This document shows positions 1-14,725 of a DNA stretch of 64,000 bases, one piece after another. The stretch is taken from NCBI RefSeq assembly GCF_006345805.1, contig NC_042997.1:81468001-81532000 (forward strand), given 5' to 3'. Source of the DNA: Octopus sinensis (lineage: Eukaryota). The position numbers and the translations under genes are program-made. Below the pieces are notes generated by a model. The model had not been told where the DNA came from. It saw nothing but the letters and a program-made list of their open reading frames with translations, and made no database searches. Every line of letters begins with the position of its first letter. Positions within the stretch are counted from its first letter, which is position 1.

Positions 1-924
1 AAACCCCATTCTAATCAACATTTTCCATCCATCAAGAATCCTGATTGTTTAAAATTGTTTGATGAAACTATTAGTACAGTTCTTCCAAATCAGATTTAGA
101 ACTTGTAAGTAGCAAATAAAGATACATTTTCCAGTATATAAATGATGAAAGAGATGAAAGTCTTATCTTTTCCATATGTTGTCAGCATAACTTAATGAAT
201 AGAGTGCCAAATGAGAGAAATGATTTACTTCTAAAATTCTAGTCAACTATATTTTTACTGCTGAATATCTGCACACCAGTACTGACATATTATTTTAAAG
301 AAAGGAAAACAGCAAAATTGGTCTGTGATTGAAATTATAGTGTATTTTGTAACGATGATATATTTTGTATAACAAAGATTTTAAAAGACAAGGGGGTAAA
401 ATACTTTCAAATAAAATTTAAGAACTGATATTCTAAGATATTAAATGAATTATCAATACAGAAACTTGTTAGACTGAATTAATGTGTAAATAGGTACAGT
501 GAAATATTTGGTTAATTTACTTGGCACCTCATTTGAAATGAAATTAAAAAGACACCTATATAGACTTCAAAACATGGTCTATGTATGTGAATTAAGTGAT
601 TATCTCCCTGTTCTGCCGAGGCTTAGCTTTTAGCACTACATGGCTTGAATTTCATGTTCAAAGAAGTAAGGAACTGTTTTGTCTGCACTTGTTCTAAAGT
701 TGGGAAGTAATTTTGAAAAAAAATATCCAAGCAGCTTCAAGTTTATGAAGTGTATACATCTTGAATAATCATTACCATTGTTATAATGATTCCTCAGTAG
801 AATCACATATGTTTGTAATTATATATTATGTGCTTCATAAGAGAGGCAGCATTTACCATGATAATAATGCTTCAATGGTATATTGCTTCTGAGACATGGA
901 ATATATGTTTATAGGTGCGAAAAC

Positions 925-968
<44 letters not shown>

Positions 969-2156
969 ACTAGTACAAAAAACCCACAATACATGCATAC
1001 ATAATTACACACACACATAGAAACATGCACAGAAACACACACACACACACACTATTTTGAACACTAAGACCAGTCCCCAAAACCACTGAATCACAACAGA
1101 CTAGCCCCCCCCCCCACCCAAATCCTTTTGATTCCACAACGCTCTCCCCCACCAACCAACTTCCCACACTGTGTTTAATAATAGCAAACATCTCTCATAC
1201 ACACACTAGAAGACAAGATGATGAATGGAAAAGTTGGTCATTCTCCTAGAATTCTGTATAAATACTTAAATACATTTCCTTCTGTATATATGCTTCTAAT
1301 ACAACCATGATTTTTGATGAACTTAAAATAACTATAAATTTATTTTACTACCTGTTTTGAACACTTTCATGTAAACTGTTTAAACAAAAAGCCCCTCTTA
1401 ACATTTTCATATCATTCATTGTCATTGATTCTATTTTTTAACATTTTCTTATCATTTTCAAAGAATGTATAACTGTATTTTAATACAATTATGAAAATCA
1501 TTTTTAACACAACAAAGCTTATACAAAGCTTTACATTTTACTTTTGATAATCTTTTTTTAAAAAAGTGAAACCACTCGTGTCAATAAACATCTTTAAAGA
1601 CCTCTGCATTTTCAAACTCTCTTTCTTACATATTTTCACTCATGCAGTACCTTGCAAGTTTACATTCTTATATATATATATATATAATACACATAGCATG
1701 GGCATGTGCGCACACACAAACATACACACATACATGCACACATACATGCACACATACATGCACACATACATGTATGTGTGTGTATCAATCAATATGTGAA
1801 TGTAAGTCATGTAAAATATGACTTAATAAACATGTTTAGTTTCATACTTAATAAATGTATTATTGAATCTTATTGCAAAAACAGAACTCATGGATAAACT
1901 TCTGGAGCTACAGTTTATGGAAGTGAAAATGAATCTAATTTTTTTCCCTTTATTAGAGATCTATCATGGATCACTTACCCCATCTTCTATCTGCTAATGA
2001 TTAAAAGCCTACAGCTTTATAAAAGCAAATATAAACAAATTATGTTTGTTGTAATTACATGTTTATGCATGTATGTATGTATGTATGTATGTATGTATGT
2101 ATGTATGTATGTATGTATGCATGCATGTTATGTATGTATGTATGTATGTATGTTAT

Positions 2157-5100
2157 GTCAGGTCACTTCTGAGTGCTACTGGTAACATGTAACCCAGTAC
2201 AACGTGTTGTATGGTCGGGTCATCGGCGACTAAACCGGCAACCCCACCAAGCTTACTTGGTGAGGAGGGTGTTTATTGGACACCCTGTGGGATGAGAAAC
2301 AAAACCTGTCAAAGGCCGGAGGACCTCTTGAGAGTCAATGGCCATCCAATAAATGTTAGCACGGGTACGCAGAAATTCCGGGATGGTGTCTGGCGTGCTG
2401 AAAGACCACAGGGAGTGAGGCGCCCCTTAGCTTTTATTAAAGCATGTCTCTAGGAGAAGGTCACTCTGATATAAAACCAGATATGCAGGGAATGGCATTG
2501 GACATTTTGGGGATCTTTGGTTTGTGCTAGAGATCACGGTGCTCCCACATCCCTGAGTCTGCGACTCATATTGGCACCAGACATCTTGCTCCGGCTTGTC
2601 TCTGGATAATGTCAATAAAGTGGAGAGGGTCCATGAGGTGTTGTGCAAGACTTATTGGACCAAAAAACTCTGCACAGGCATTGCCGACCTCTGCTCGATA
2701 TGTGCATTTTTTTTCTATATATATTTATCTTATTTTTAGTATATATTTATCTTATTTTTAGTATATATTTTCTTCATTTTTATTATATATTTTTATTTTT
2801 ATTTTTTTATTCGGAAGTCCTGCGATGATGGGGAGGTGGTGAAGCATGCAGACCTGATGGGTTGGAAGCATGTAGTCAGCGACCTGCACGTAGGCGGCCC
2901 ATGCTAGATATAAAGTTGTCTCCTTGTCACCCAAGACAGCAGTAGGATTCGGTTGCTGCATGGGTGTCTGAGCAGCTCCATTTGGAGAGGGCACTGCTCA
3001 CCTGGAGACCAGGGATGTTCTAGAAAAGGTGAACCAAAAATTGCCTGTCTTTCTATATCTGGTCAGTTTAGCGCGACTGATGGCTGTCCACCCTGCGCTT
3101 GAAAAACAAAGAGTCTTTTATCTATAAAATCTGGATGGAACTTTAACATTTCATGTTGGAATGTGTGCACTCTGTTGGACAACAAGAGTGATTGCAGGCC
3201 TGAAAGACGCACTGCACTTGTTGCTCGTGAGCTGAACCGTTATAAAATTGATATAGCTACACTCTCAGAGACTTTTATAGAAGGTGATGGCTAGCTTGAG
3301 GAAATAGGAGGTGGATACACCTTTTTTTGGAAAGGAAGGCAGAAGGAGGAGCGCAGAGAAGCTGGTGTTGGTTTTGCAGTCTGATCTGATATCCTTAAGA
3401 AGTTGGAAGAGCTCCCTGTTCCTATAAATGAATGTATAATGACGCTATGGTTGCACTTGAAAGGAAAGCGGTTTGCTACTCTGATAAGTGCCTATGCACC
3501 TACTTTGACTAGCTGTGATGGAGATAAAACAATCTTTTATACCCAGCTAAGAGCCATACTTAGAAAAATCCCCAATTCTGATAAAGTCATTCTACTGGGG
3601 GATTTTAATGCCAGGGTTGGAACAGACTGGCAAACATGGAACCCTCTAGAACGTTTTGGAGTAGGGAAAATGAATAGCAATGGTCTCATGCTACTGGAGC
3701 TTTGCGAAGAACATGGACTTTACATTGCAAGCACGCATTTTGTGCACAAAGGTGATCACACAACATGGATGCATCCAAGGTCCAAAGTTTGGCACTTGCT
3801 GGATTATGTTATCATCTGCAAGTGCGACATTTATGACATCTGTAATGTCAAGTCCTTGCATGGATCAGAATGCTGGACAGACCACAGTCTGGTGTGAGCA
3901 AAGTTCTGAATGGGGATTAGGGCGAAAGAGAGAAAAGGACCAGTCAGCATTCCTCACCGTCTAAATGTCCACAAAGTACATAATGTTGTGGTTAGGAAAG
4001 AGCTTCAGACTTGCTTGTCCAGCATTGAAACTGCTGCAGTATGGGAAGATTTTCGAGACCAGGTTGTTCAATGTGCAGCCGAAACACTGGGGTATGTTAC
4101 TGCCAGACACAGACTAGTTTGATGAGAATGATGCTGAAATTCAGCGACTATTAGTGGTAAAGCGCCATGCCCACAGTGTGTTGCTGCACAGAGAACTTTC
4201 TACTGTGCAGCGAAGTCTGACACTTGCCCACTATAACAGTGTAAAATCACTACTGCAGCGATCTCTCAGGAAGATGCAGAACACTTGGTGGAAGGATCTT
4301 GCTTGTGATGTTCAGGCTGCTGCTGATGCAAATGACAGCAAGAAGCTTTACCATTTTATGAAGCGAGCTTATGGACCTAAGAGCTCCACATCAGCTCCTT
4401 TGCTTTCCAAGGAGTCTTCCACCCTGTTTACTAAATCAACAGAAATCACAGGTCGCTGGATCGAACACTTCTCTGAACTCCTAAACCATGAGTCAGTTGT
4501 GGATGAAACAGTGATTGATACTATGCAACAAAGACCTATCATTGGCTCCTTAGACTCCCCGCCCTCAATAGATGAAGTAATGACATCAATAAGTAAATTG
4601 AATCTTAGTAGGGCACCTGGAAAGGATGGAATTTGTGCTGAGGTCTTGCGATTTGGTGGTAATTACATCACACAGTCCCTTCATGAACTTATTAGTGCAG
4701 TCTGGGGGGATGGTACAATCCCTAAGGACTGGAAGGATGCAATTATTCTTCCTCTATATAAAGGAAAAGAAGCCAGAACAATGTGTGGTAACTACAGAGG
4801 TATTGCTCTACTATCAGCTGCTGGCAAGATTCTGGCAAAAATTCTTCTTACCCGTCTGAACGGGTGTCTCGTAAATGATGTCCTATCTGAACCTCAATGT
4901 GGCTTCCGATCTGGTAGAGGGACAATGGATATGATTTTCACAGCAAGACAGATGCAGGAGAAGTGCTATGAGCAGAATATGGATCTTGTCCAGGTATTCA
5001 CTGATTTAACAAAGGCCTTTGATACTGTAAATAGGGCCTTTCTATGGAAAATACTTGGCAAACTTGGATGTTCGGATCACTTTGTATCTATAATTAAATC

Positions 5101-6383
5101 CTTTCATGATGGGATGGAGGCTTGGGTCAATGTTGGTGGTGCCATGTCGGGACCCATTCCTATAGAGAATGGTGTCAAGCAGGGTGATATCCTTGCCCCA
5201 ACTCTCTTTTCTTTATACTTTGCTGCTGCTTTTACTCTGCTTTTGCTAAGGTTAGCTCTCTGGGAATATATGTCAGATATTGATCTTCTGGCTGCCTCTT
5301 TAATCTTCGCCGATTTGCTGCCAATTCAAAAGTTTTCCAGTCTATTATTCGTGACCTCCTTTATGCAGATGACTGTGACTTAGTCACTCATACAGTGGAT
5401 GACATGCAAATACTCATGAATTGCATTTCTGCTTCTTGCAGGGCATTTGGACTCAACATCAGCCTGGACAAGACTGTTGTAATGTTCCAGCCTGCACCAG
5501 GAAATTCATATATGGAACCAGATATCTTGGTTGAGGGAACAATTCTGAAGGTACTAGACAAGTTTGTCTACCTGGGCAGCACACTCAGCCGGTCTTACTC
5601 CCTGGATGGGGAAATATCTTTCAGGTTGCAGAGAGCAACTAATTCCTTCCGGTCCCTTCAGTCTCGTGTCTGGTCCCAGCATGGCATCGTAAGATGAACA
5701 AAAGTTGCTGTGTACCTTGCTTGTGTACTAACATCGCTCCTCTACTCATGTGAGACATGGACTCTGTACAAACGTCAAGTAAGGATCCTTGATTGCTTTC
5801 ATTAGAGATGTCTCAGACACATTCTCAATGTTGGCTGGACCTCAAAAATTTCAGACACATAGGTCCTGAGGACAGCTGATATCTTGAGTATTGAGGCGAT
5901 GGTGCACAAGCACCAGATACATTGGACTGGACACCTTATTAGAATGAAGGATAGCAGGATTCCTAAGCAGATGCTCTATGGAGAACTTGTGAATGGAAGG
6001 AGACTCCGGCAGAAACCAAGGCTGCGATTTAAGGACTGTGTCAAGTCCTCATTAAAGGCCTGTGATATGCAGGACACTGACTGGGAGAACAATGCCTGTC
6101 ATCGCCACAGATAGAGGAAGCAGGTTAAGGAGGGGATCGACACTTTTGAGAGAGCACGTATCCAGCATGAAGAACTTAAGCGAGCTGCACGAAAGCGCAC
6201 GGCTCGTATAGTGAATGGGGAAAGTTTGGTCTGTAATGTTTGCAGTTATGTATGCCTGTCAAGAGCAGGGCTCATTAGCCACCAACAGAGCTGCAAATGC
6301 AAAATATAAGTTAGTTCTAGAGTGCACAATATTCCTGAAGGTCAGCAATGGTCTTCCTCGGTCACGAGTGGATGGCCATCATC
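2157..6383 (+). mobile_element. Near full-length RTE-clade (BovB-like) LINE inserted in a (TATG)n tract
   Basis: About 1 kb hairpin-rich 5' region, then APE endonuclease (WNVCTLLD...RPERRTALVARELNRYKID from ~3145; VILLGDFNARVG; WHLLDY), RT (NYRGIALL, QCGFRSGRGT, DLTKAFD, GVKQGDILAP, frameshifted LLYADD), C-terminal CxxC...H..C finger and a 3' end GGATGGCCATCATC. (TATG)n on both sides. Confidence 0.92.
3130..6310 (+). pseudogene. RTE ORF (endonuclease + reverse transcriptase), broken by stops and frameshifts
   Basis: ORF-track pieces 3403-3897, 3910-4122, 4154-5383, 5395-5697 and 5884-6114 are consecutive parts of one EN-RT protein. Confidence 0.9.
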
Positions 6384-6842
6384 ATGTATGTATGTATGTA
6401 TGTATGTATGTATGTATGTATGTATGTATGTATGTATGTATGTATGTATGTATGTATGAATGTGTGTGTGTGTTTCTGTGTGCAATGTGTGTGCATGCAT
6501 GCATTTCAGTGTACATGCACATACATATGTATGTTCTTATGTGCATGTACACTGGAACACACACACACACACACACATTAACTGTAACAAATAGAAGTAA
6601 AGTACCAGAGGTATATAAATAAATAAATTCAGTCAGTCAGAAGCAAACCATTTTAACTGTAAATTTAATTTAATGTATTAAACATTTGAATCTTGAGTCA
6701 ACTATTTTAATTAAAGTCATGCAGTAATAAGCTTCATGGTGGGCAGAGCATTATCTTCTGAATGGTCAGTACAAAATTCTTGTTGGAATGATGATATAGA
6801 ACAACAGAGGTCACTCTCTGAAGAGTTAAAAATTTTAAATTA

Positions 6843-7056
6843 TCATTTACTTGTTTCAGTTATTTGACTGTGGCCATACTGGGGCAGCTCTTGAAGAGAT
6901 TTTAGTTGAACAAATTGACCCCAGGACTTTTTTTAACCTAGTAATTACTGTACAGGTCTTTTTTTGCTGAGCTGCTAAGTTATAGGAGCATAGAGACACT
7001 GATTGTTAAGTGGTGATTGGGGGATAAACAGATGCAAAGACTCATATACATAGATA

Positions 7057-7094
<38 letters not shown>

Positions 7095-7235
7095 GCTTCT
7101 TTCAGCTTACCAAATCACAAGGCTTTGATTGGCCAAAGGCTATAGTAGAAGACACTTGCCAAAAATGCCACAAAGTGGGACTGAACTCAGTACCATGTAA
7201 CTGAGGAACAAGCTTCTTATCACACAACCATGCTT
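6843..7235 (-). mobile_element. tRNA-derived SINE, family A (degenerate)
   Basis: Reverse complement of the head/core (ggttcagtcccact...ttggcaagtgtcttctactatagcc) and tail seen in better copies at 33.1 and 43.0 kb. Ends approximate. Confidence 0.75.
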
Positions 7236-8074
7236 GCACCTATATGTAAAATTAAGAAACAAAGGGAAATGATCAAAGTGAATTTGTATATGGACCAGTT
7301 GTTCAATTCTGAAAACCTGTACCATCAGGCACAAGCAAATAACCCATTTGCTGCATTCTCTTGCATATATGCACATTCTTGTATAAGTATATATAGTGTC
7401 TATATTACTCAACAAATGTATAAACATAATTATGGACAGGAAAGACAGTGATCAGCTGGTAGAATTGTTAGTGAGTCAGGCAAAATATTTAGAGGCATTT
7501 CTCCCAGTTCTTTATACATTCTGGGTTCATTTATACATTCTGGGTTTAAATTTATACATTCTGGGTTCAAATTATGCCAAGGTAAACATTGCATTTCATC
7601 CCCTTTGAGGTCAATAAAATAAGTACCAATTGAATATTGGACTCAATGTAATTGATTTACCTTTGTCATTTAAATTGTTGGCCTTGTGCTAAAATTTGAA
7701 ACCATAATTATGTACTTGAAACATATACTTGTCTATAATTACAATTGTAGCTAATACATATTAGTGTGTACAGTGAGTGAATAATGATAATTGATGAATA
7801 GCAACTCGAGAAATAATTAATTCTGTTCATCACCACATTGACATATTTATAATGTAGTCTATGCCTCTGCATATCTCCATTTCCATGCATCCTCATAGGT
7901 ATATTTTTGTTAACTCACATGTATTCCCTGTAGGTATACACATATGCTCTGACATTCATGAACTGTGTATGTTTGCAATGCATACACCAGTTGGAATACA
8001 TTTTTCCATTACATACCTATAAATGTGCATATTCATGCACACATTTTTTTTGCATAATTTTACATGCTGCTGCC

Positions 8075-8305
8075 ACATATCAAGCACCCATGCTAGTGCC
8101 ATGTATAAAGTACTGATACTGATTCCACATAAAAAAAAGCACTCAGTACATTCTGTAAAGTGGTTGGCATTAGGAAGGGCATCCAACTGTAGAAACCATG
8201 CCACACCAGACAATTGGAGCTTGGTGCAGCTCTCCAGCTTGCCAGCTCCTGTCAAACTCTCCAATTCATGCCAGTATGGAAAATGGATGCTAAATGATGA
8301 TGATG
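8075..8305 (+). mobile_element. RTE 3'-tail fragment or RTE-tailed SINE
   Basis: gtggttggcattaggaagggcatcca...gctaaatgatgatgat matches the 3' end of the RTE copies at 32.0 and 35.6 kb. Confidence 0.7.
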
Positions 8306-9109
8306 AATCTCACTTGGTCAGATATTTACGCATGCATCCAAACAGGAACTTTGCTTGTCTTGTATGCAAGAAGTCTGAATATAAGTTATATCAATTTAAC
8401 ATCTTGGATTACATGGCTTATCTTGATAGAAATAGGGTGTAATAAGATATAATAAAATGAAATAACCATAGAGCAGTCATTTTCAATTAGTGCACGGAAA
8501 GGGGTATTTAGGTGCCTCATAAAATATTTTAAATGTATTCTAATGCTTAAGAAAATACTAATGCTTGAGCATCTTGAGAAACATGTCAGTCATAATTTTC
8601 TTATACATGTTTGCATTAATAAAACAAGGCAAGTAATAGTTTTCTACACTTTTCAAAATTTTAACTTTGAAAGATAATTCTTATATCATTGTACTTTTTA
8701 TGTGAAGTGTTCTGGTAATTTTTAATTTGCCATGCATAGTACATCAGCAGTTTTTTTCTTCTGTTGGTTTGATCTGCAGTGAGCCATCCACAAGATGAAA
8801 ACGATTGAGAATTGCCACAAGGTGTTCTAGGGGTTATACTGTCACATAGATTAGACTAGGAATATCTCGAAAGAAATTGCGGAAATAGGACAAAAACATT
8901 TCACAGGGGTTACTGCAGTGGTGATTGATTTACTCAAAGTGTCAAAAAGAAGGGTAGACACTCAGACATCACTTAAGAGCAATGGTTGAGACCTACCCTA
9001 TTAGGTAGACTCCACAGTCTGAGTGGTAGATACATGTTTGGAAATATGGAAGTATAGGATCATCCCATAAATAATGTTTTTTTTTTATACTTCTTTTATT
9101 TTGGAAAAT

Positions 9110-10200
9110 TAAGATAAACAAAGTTCTTTTTTAATCTAAAATATACTCCCCTTCATTTTCAACAATGCTCTTCCATCTATCTGGTAGGCTTACAAGGCCC
9201 CTCTTCCAAAATTCACTTGTCCATGATGAAAAATATTCCTCCAGTACTGTGCTGACCTCATTTACAGAATTTATATTTTTTCCGTCCAAATGATTTTGAA
9301 GACTACAGAATAAAAGATAATCAGGTGAGGAAATGTCCAGTGAATATGGTGGTGGGTGGGGAATCGTTACCCATTCAAACTGCTCCAGCCTTTGGAATGT
9401 CATCCTTGCTGTATGTGGCTGAGTATTATCCTGATGGAAGAACACCTTTCATCTTGAAAACAAAGATGATCGTTTTTCTTCTAGTGCTGACCTAAGCCAC
9501 TCAAGCCGCTCACAGAAGATCTCCTTTCTTATCATTTGGTTTGGGTTTACAAGTTCAAAGTGGACTAATCCTTTCATATCCCACCAAACAGATAACAACA
9601 CCTCATGTGGGTGAAGACCTTTGTTAGCCTGGGGTGCCGGTGTTTCTCCTTTCCCTACCCATTATCTTCAGCATTTGACATTTTTATAGAGAACCCATTT
9701 CTCATCACCAGTCACTATTCAGTTCAAAAATGCTTCATTTGTGAGATGTGACAGTAAAGAAAAGCACATATTCACTCTCTGTGCACAAGTAGACTCGGAA
9801 AGTTTGTGAGGAACCCATTGACCCAATTTTCTGACTTTTCCAATGGCACGCAGGTGTTGAAGAATAGTTGAATGACCAAATCCAAGCTTCTCTGCTAGTT
9901 ATTTAACAATTACAGTGGAATTTTGTTCCACCAGGATATGCAGGACATTCTCATTGAGCTCTGATAGACTACAGATCTTCTAGGATGAGGTTCATCTTCT
10001 AGGCTGCAGTTTCTGGCTCGTAATTTCTGGAACCACAGTTTGACACTGGCTTACACTTATTGTCCAATCCCCATCTACTGCATTAATATTCCTTGCACTT
10101 ATTGTCTTTATTGCCTTGTTGCCTTTGTTGAACTAATAAAGCAAAATATGCTGAACATAATGTAATTACACTTTATAGAGTAAAAAGAAAGGAGAAGGAG
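9110..10200 (-). mobile_element. Decayed mariner transposon (different family from the 13.2/45.5 kb copies)
   Basis: Minus-strand translation gives WVPHKLSE, DEKWVLY, WWDMKGLVHFEL, FHQDNTQPH, HPPPYSLDISSPDYLLF and GLVSLPDRWKSIVENEGEYI, i.e. mariner WVPHEL, D..D and YSPDL motifs. Ends approximate. Confidence 0.85.
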
Positions 10201-10764
10201 GTAGGCTCAGCAACTGAAGGTGGCTAATGATGATAAGAGAATACAAGTGAAACCTTCCAAAGGCAAAAACTAGTTCAATCCTCCTTGCTGACTCACTCAG
10301 GCAAAGCATACAGGCTAGGGGCAAAACATTTGTGACCCTGAAGTACCTGCTGATAATATGAAAGTGTTTCCAACATTGTGATGGATTTAAAATAGCTTGC
10401 AGAATTTTTATCGTCTGTATAACATATGGAGAAATCATTGCTAGTGAACTTTTTGATAAAATGATTTTTTTCAGTTGCATTTTGGTAGAGAACACAGTCA
10501 CGTTTCACCATAAGAAGACACAATCGAAGACAAAGAAAAAAGCTAGCTAACAAACAAACAGATGGTCATGAGAAAAGCAAACTTTTCTTCTCCATGAACT
10601 CCTGTCGCATTTAGGTCAATGAGTTATAATTTGATGGCTTGGTTATGGTAAAAGATAAATATATATTGACAGAAATTCAGTGAATAATTAACAAGCAAGC
10701 AACGGAGAATATTTTTCGCTGATTTCCATTAAGTTATTACTATAATTATCATTAAAATTATTAT

Positions 10765-11239
10765 CCTTATTATTCAAGGCAGAATTATTTGACTGCTGGA
10801 CAAAAATGCTTTGCAGCCTTTCTTCCAGTTTTACGTTCTGAGTCTAAATTTTATTGAAATTAATTTTGTCTTTCATCCTTTCAGGATCAATGAGATGAGT
10901 ACCAGTTGAGCACTGGGTCAATGTAACAATGTAATCAGCTAACCCCTCCCATAAAATTTCAGAAAGCATTATTATTGTTGTTGTTTTTGTTGTTGTTGTT
11001 ATCATTATTATTATTATCATTAATAAGGTGGCAAGCTGGCAGAGTCATTAGCACACTGGGTGAAATCCTTAGTGATATTTTGCCCATCGCTACATTTTGA
11101 GCTCAAATTCTGCCAAGGTCAACTTTGCCTTTTATCCTTTCAGAGTTGATAAATTAAGTACCAGTAAAACACTGGGGGGTGATGTAATCGACTAGTCACC
11201 TCCCACAAAATTTCAGGCCTTGAGCCTATAGTAGAAAGG

Positions 11240-11272
<33 letters not shown>

Positions 11273-11462
11273 ATTATTATTAATATTATTATTATTAGAA
11301 TTTTGTTCATTTTTATGTTCTGGGATCAAGTTCCAACTAGATCAACTTTACTTTTTACCCTTTCAAGGTAGATAAAACATGTACCAGCCGAGCACTGGAG
11401 GTCAATGTAGTTGACTTACCAACTCCCCTGAAATTGCTGGCCTTGTGCTAAAATTTGAAACG
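10765..11462 (+). mobile_element. Cluster of three head-to-tail SINE family B copies separated by (TTA)n
   Basis: Best copy starts ggtggcaagctggcagagtc at 11027, with a B-box-like gctcaaattc and the core tttcatcctttc...aagtaccag...cactgggg seen three times. Confidence 0.75.
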
Positions 11463-13174
11463 ATTATTATTAACATCATATGTATGGGGTGGTAGGGAGA
11501 TTTAAGAAGGGAAAAGATTGTTGTGAGCCAGTGCTTAGCTACACTCAGGATGAGATGTACACAAGAGATAAGAGTGACTCAGTTCTGGATGTGAGTCTGG
11601 CACAGGTAATATTTCTACATGCTCTTGTGTCTATTTCTGGCTACCAGATGATGTTAGAAATATAAAACAAAGGGATTCTCTCAGAAACATGTTTAAATAA
11701 CAACAACAACAACAACAAGAGAACTAAGTAGCTATAAGTTGCAAGGTCCAGTACCTTATCCTTTTGACCACTTTGTCTTCTACTCTTTATCTTTCTCTAC
11801 AAAGAGAGAGAGAGAGAGAGAGGGAGAGAGAGTAACAACATGTGCATGTTCAGACAGGTACTGAAATCAAAATGAATAATTTAAAAACTAAATGAAGATT
11901 ATCATTATCTTTGTACATTATTTTGTACATGAAGTGGAAGAACTGGTCTAAAGCCAGGATGAATGTCTCAGAGCATTTACTAGTGACTTTCTACAATTTG
12001 AGTTCAAATTCTGATGGTTAACAAAACAAACATAGGTCATTAAGTAAGATGCTTACAGAGCGTAAACTCCTTTTCAGTAAATGTGTAACCATGTACTAAT
12101 AATGTAAATGATTAGTATTTTATTAATCTTTGATGTAATTTGAACTTGGAATAATGTAAAGATATTGTGAAATATCTTGTCAGTTGCTTCAGTCATAAAA
12201 ATTCTATTACTCATCTTATATAGGGCTGAGCCTTCTAGTTAATCACAGTGAACCCAATGTACTTCACATTCAGCTTATTTATGTGATATGGTACACTGTA
12301 TATCTATCTTCTCTACACATGTTTCATATAATCAACCTAAAAGTCAATAATGCTATTTATAAGCAACCACAAAACAAATACTTGTAAAGAATCCCTTTGT
12401 TGTTGTAATAAACCAAAGCCTTTCTCTTGAACTAACTGAAGAATCCTGCTCCTTACACTACTAACAATGCTTTCACACTCCTATCCATAATGATTAAGTT
12501 ACACAAATGTGATAGTTTATCAACTATTTCATGCTACAGCGGAGGAAATGTATAGAATGGATAGAACTATAGAGAGTGTCTGAAAAGATCTGTCAGTTGT
12601 GACAAGATATTTAAGGAACAGCAAGTTTTCATGTATTAACATGTGTGATTGTTTTCTCCCTTCCTTCACCCCTCTCCCTCTTTCCCTATCATCTCTCCAC
12701 ATACACACATATACATGAAACAACTGGATGGATAGACAAACTGAGTGGTAAATAAATAAATAAATAAATAAATAAATAGACAGAGACAGACAAATAGTAA
12801 ATTTATTCTTATCCTGTTCTAAAATAATTGGAACTCTTAAGAAAGTAACCCCTAGAAAAACAAATAAATAATAAAAATAATAATTTTGCATTTGCATTGG
12901 TTCAAATTTGGTGCCAAATGATAGTCCTAGCACCAGCCACCTGGTGTCAGCTGCAGTAAGTCACTCACATGTTTCATTTATAGTTTATCCATAATCAAGT
13001 ATTTCCCAAAATTTTCTTGGAATGTAACACTCATCAATAACAATGACTTTACTGATAGATCCAAGAGAGTATAGTACTCACCTTTAAGCAGAAAACAAGG
13101 ATGGGTCATTTGAAGTTTTCTTTCCTCAGTCAAGTACTAGATTATCTTCGCAATTTCAGCTGATTATATATATA

Positions 13175-14467
13175 CGAGGGGCGTTCAATAAGTAATGCCC
13201 CTGACCCACTTGCCATAGCAGTAGAGCAACGAAACTTGGCACAGTTATTAGTCTTTTTCTACATAGGAACCACCCAGAGTTACGCATTTCTCCCATCGTT
13301 TGATGCAGCTCTGAAGACCGTTTTTGTAGAAGACCCCAGCTTGGTCCTCCAACCACGATGTGACTTCAGAAATCAAGGCTGCATCATCTGGGAAACGCTT
13401 TCCTTTCAAAAACAACTTCATGGCTGGGAAGAGGTGAAAATCAGGGGATGCAGGTCAGGAGAGTAGGGAGAATGGGGGATGAGTTCATAGCCGCACGCCT
13501 GTGCTTCTGATCTGGCGACACGCGAGTTGTAGATCGGGGCGTTGTCCTGCAGGAGGAGGATGCCTTTGCTGATCTTGCCCCGCCTCTTGATTTTGATAGC
13601 TTCTCTTAATTTCCTCAAAAGTGAAGCATAATAGACTCCTGTAATTGTGGCACCCTTTGCCAAGAAATCTGTCATCACTACTCTGTCCTGGTCCCAGAAG
13701 ACTGTGAGCATGACCTTGCCAGCGGAGGGCTGCACCCTTGCCTTCTTTGGAGGAGGTGAGTCACGGTGCTTCCACTGCATTGACTGGGCTTTGGTCACTG
13801 GATCATAGTGATGGACCCAGGTTTCAACCTGTGTAATCAGTCTTTTGAAAAATTTTGACTCATCTTCTTGGCACATCTTCAAATTCATCCTCGCGCAATC
13901 GACGCGTTCTTGCTTCTGGAAAGGTGTGAGCAGCCTGGGAATCCATCTGGCAGACACCTTTTGCATATGCAAATGGTCATGAATGATAGTTTCCACAGAC
14001 CCGGTACTAATCTTGACCTCATGGGCTATTTGGCGAATAGTTATGCGTCAATCTTCCAAAATGGCAGCCTCAACTTGACGGAGAGATGCCTCATCAATGG
14101 CAGAAGGGGGGTTGACCAGATCTGGGAGCTGTTTCCACAGAGTTCCGACCATGTTTGAATTCACGATGCCAGCGTTTTACAAGGTCATATGATGAGGCAT
14201 CATCACCATAAGTTACTTTTATTTCATCAAAAGTCTCCCGTGGTGTGCGTCCTTTCAAATACAAAAACCGCATCACTGCTCGACACTCAACATGCTCCGT
14301 TTCACACCTGACTCAGTTCAAACACCTGTAAAGCAGAAACCACAATTAGTTCAGAGCTGTAATTTGCCACTTAATCTATAGAGATATAAATAATTGCTCA
14401 TGCAAAATTTCAGCTAGATCAAACAATTGCAAGTGGGTCAGAGGCATTACTTATTGAACGCCCCTCG
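13175..14467 (-). mobile_element. Full-length mariner transposon (1293 bp) with defective transposase
   Basis: TIRs CGAGGGGCGTTCAATAAGTAATGCC flanked by TA on both sides. WIPRLL, ITQ(V)ETWVHHY, LLQDNAP and HSPYSPDL motifs. First catalytic D reads V, start codon reads ACG, and there are frameshifts. Confidence 0.95.
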
Positions 14468-14607
14468 TATATATATATATATATATATATCAACAATCAA
14501 GGAACGGCCATAATAGGCCATTCACCCACTAGAAATAACAGCCAAAGCTTCAACCGCAAATAAAAGTCAATTCCGTAAACAGGAGAAAATTTAAAAAACA
14601 TTTACCC

Positions 14608-14725
14608 TGTAATTTCTTATACGATGCACCGTTTCGTCTGCTGTTTAATGGTAAACTAACCTGATTAAATTAAATCAAGCCAATCTTCCATAGGCCCTCA
14701 GATTCTTCAGTAAGAAATAGCCACA
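14608..14725 (-). ncRNA. Type I hammerhead ribozyme motif (unit 1)
   Basis: Minus strand reads UGUG-GCU-AUUUCUUA-CUGAAGA-A-UCUG-(58 nt)-CAGA-C-GAAA-CGG-UGCA-UCGU-A-UAAGAAAU-UACA. Conserved core, stem III, GUA triplet and perfect 8-bp stem I are all present. Position 10.1/11.1 is A.C instead of G-C. Confidence 0.82.

Noticed and set aside
2703-7570. Short 21-22 bp tandem repeats at ~2715-2770 and ~7511-7572
   Set aside because: Simple slippage duplications inside a LINE UTR and a SINE fragment. No spacer or structural signal.
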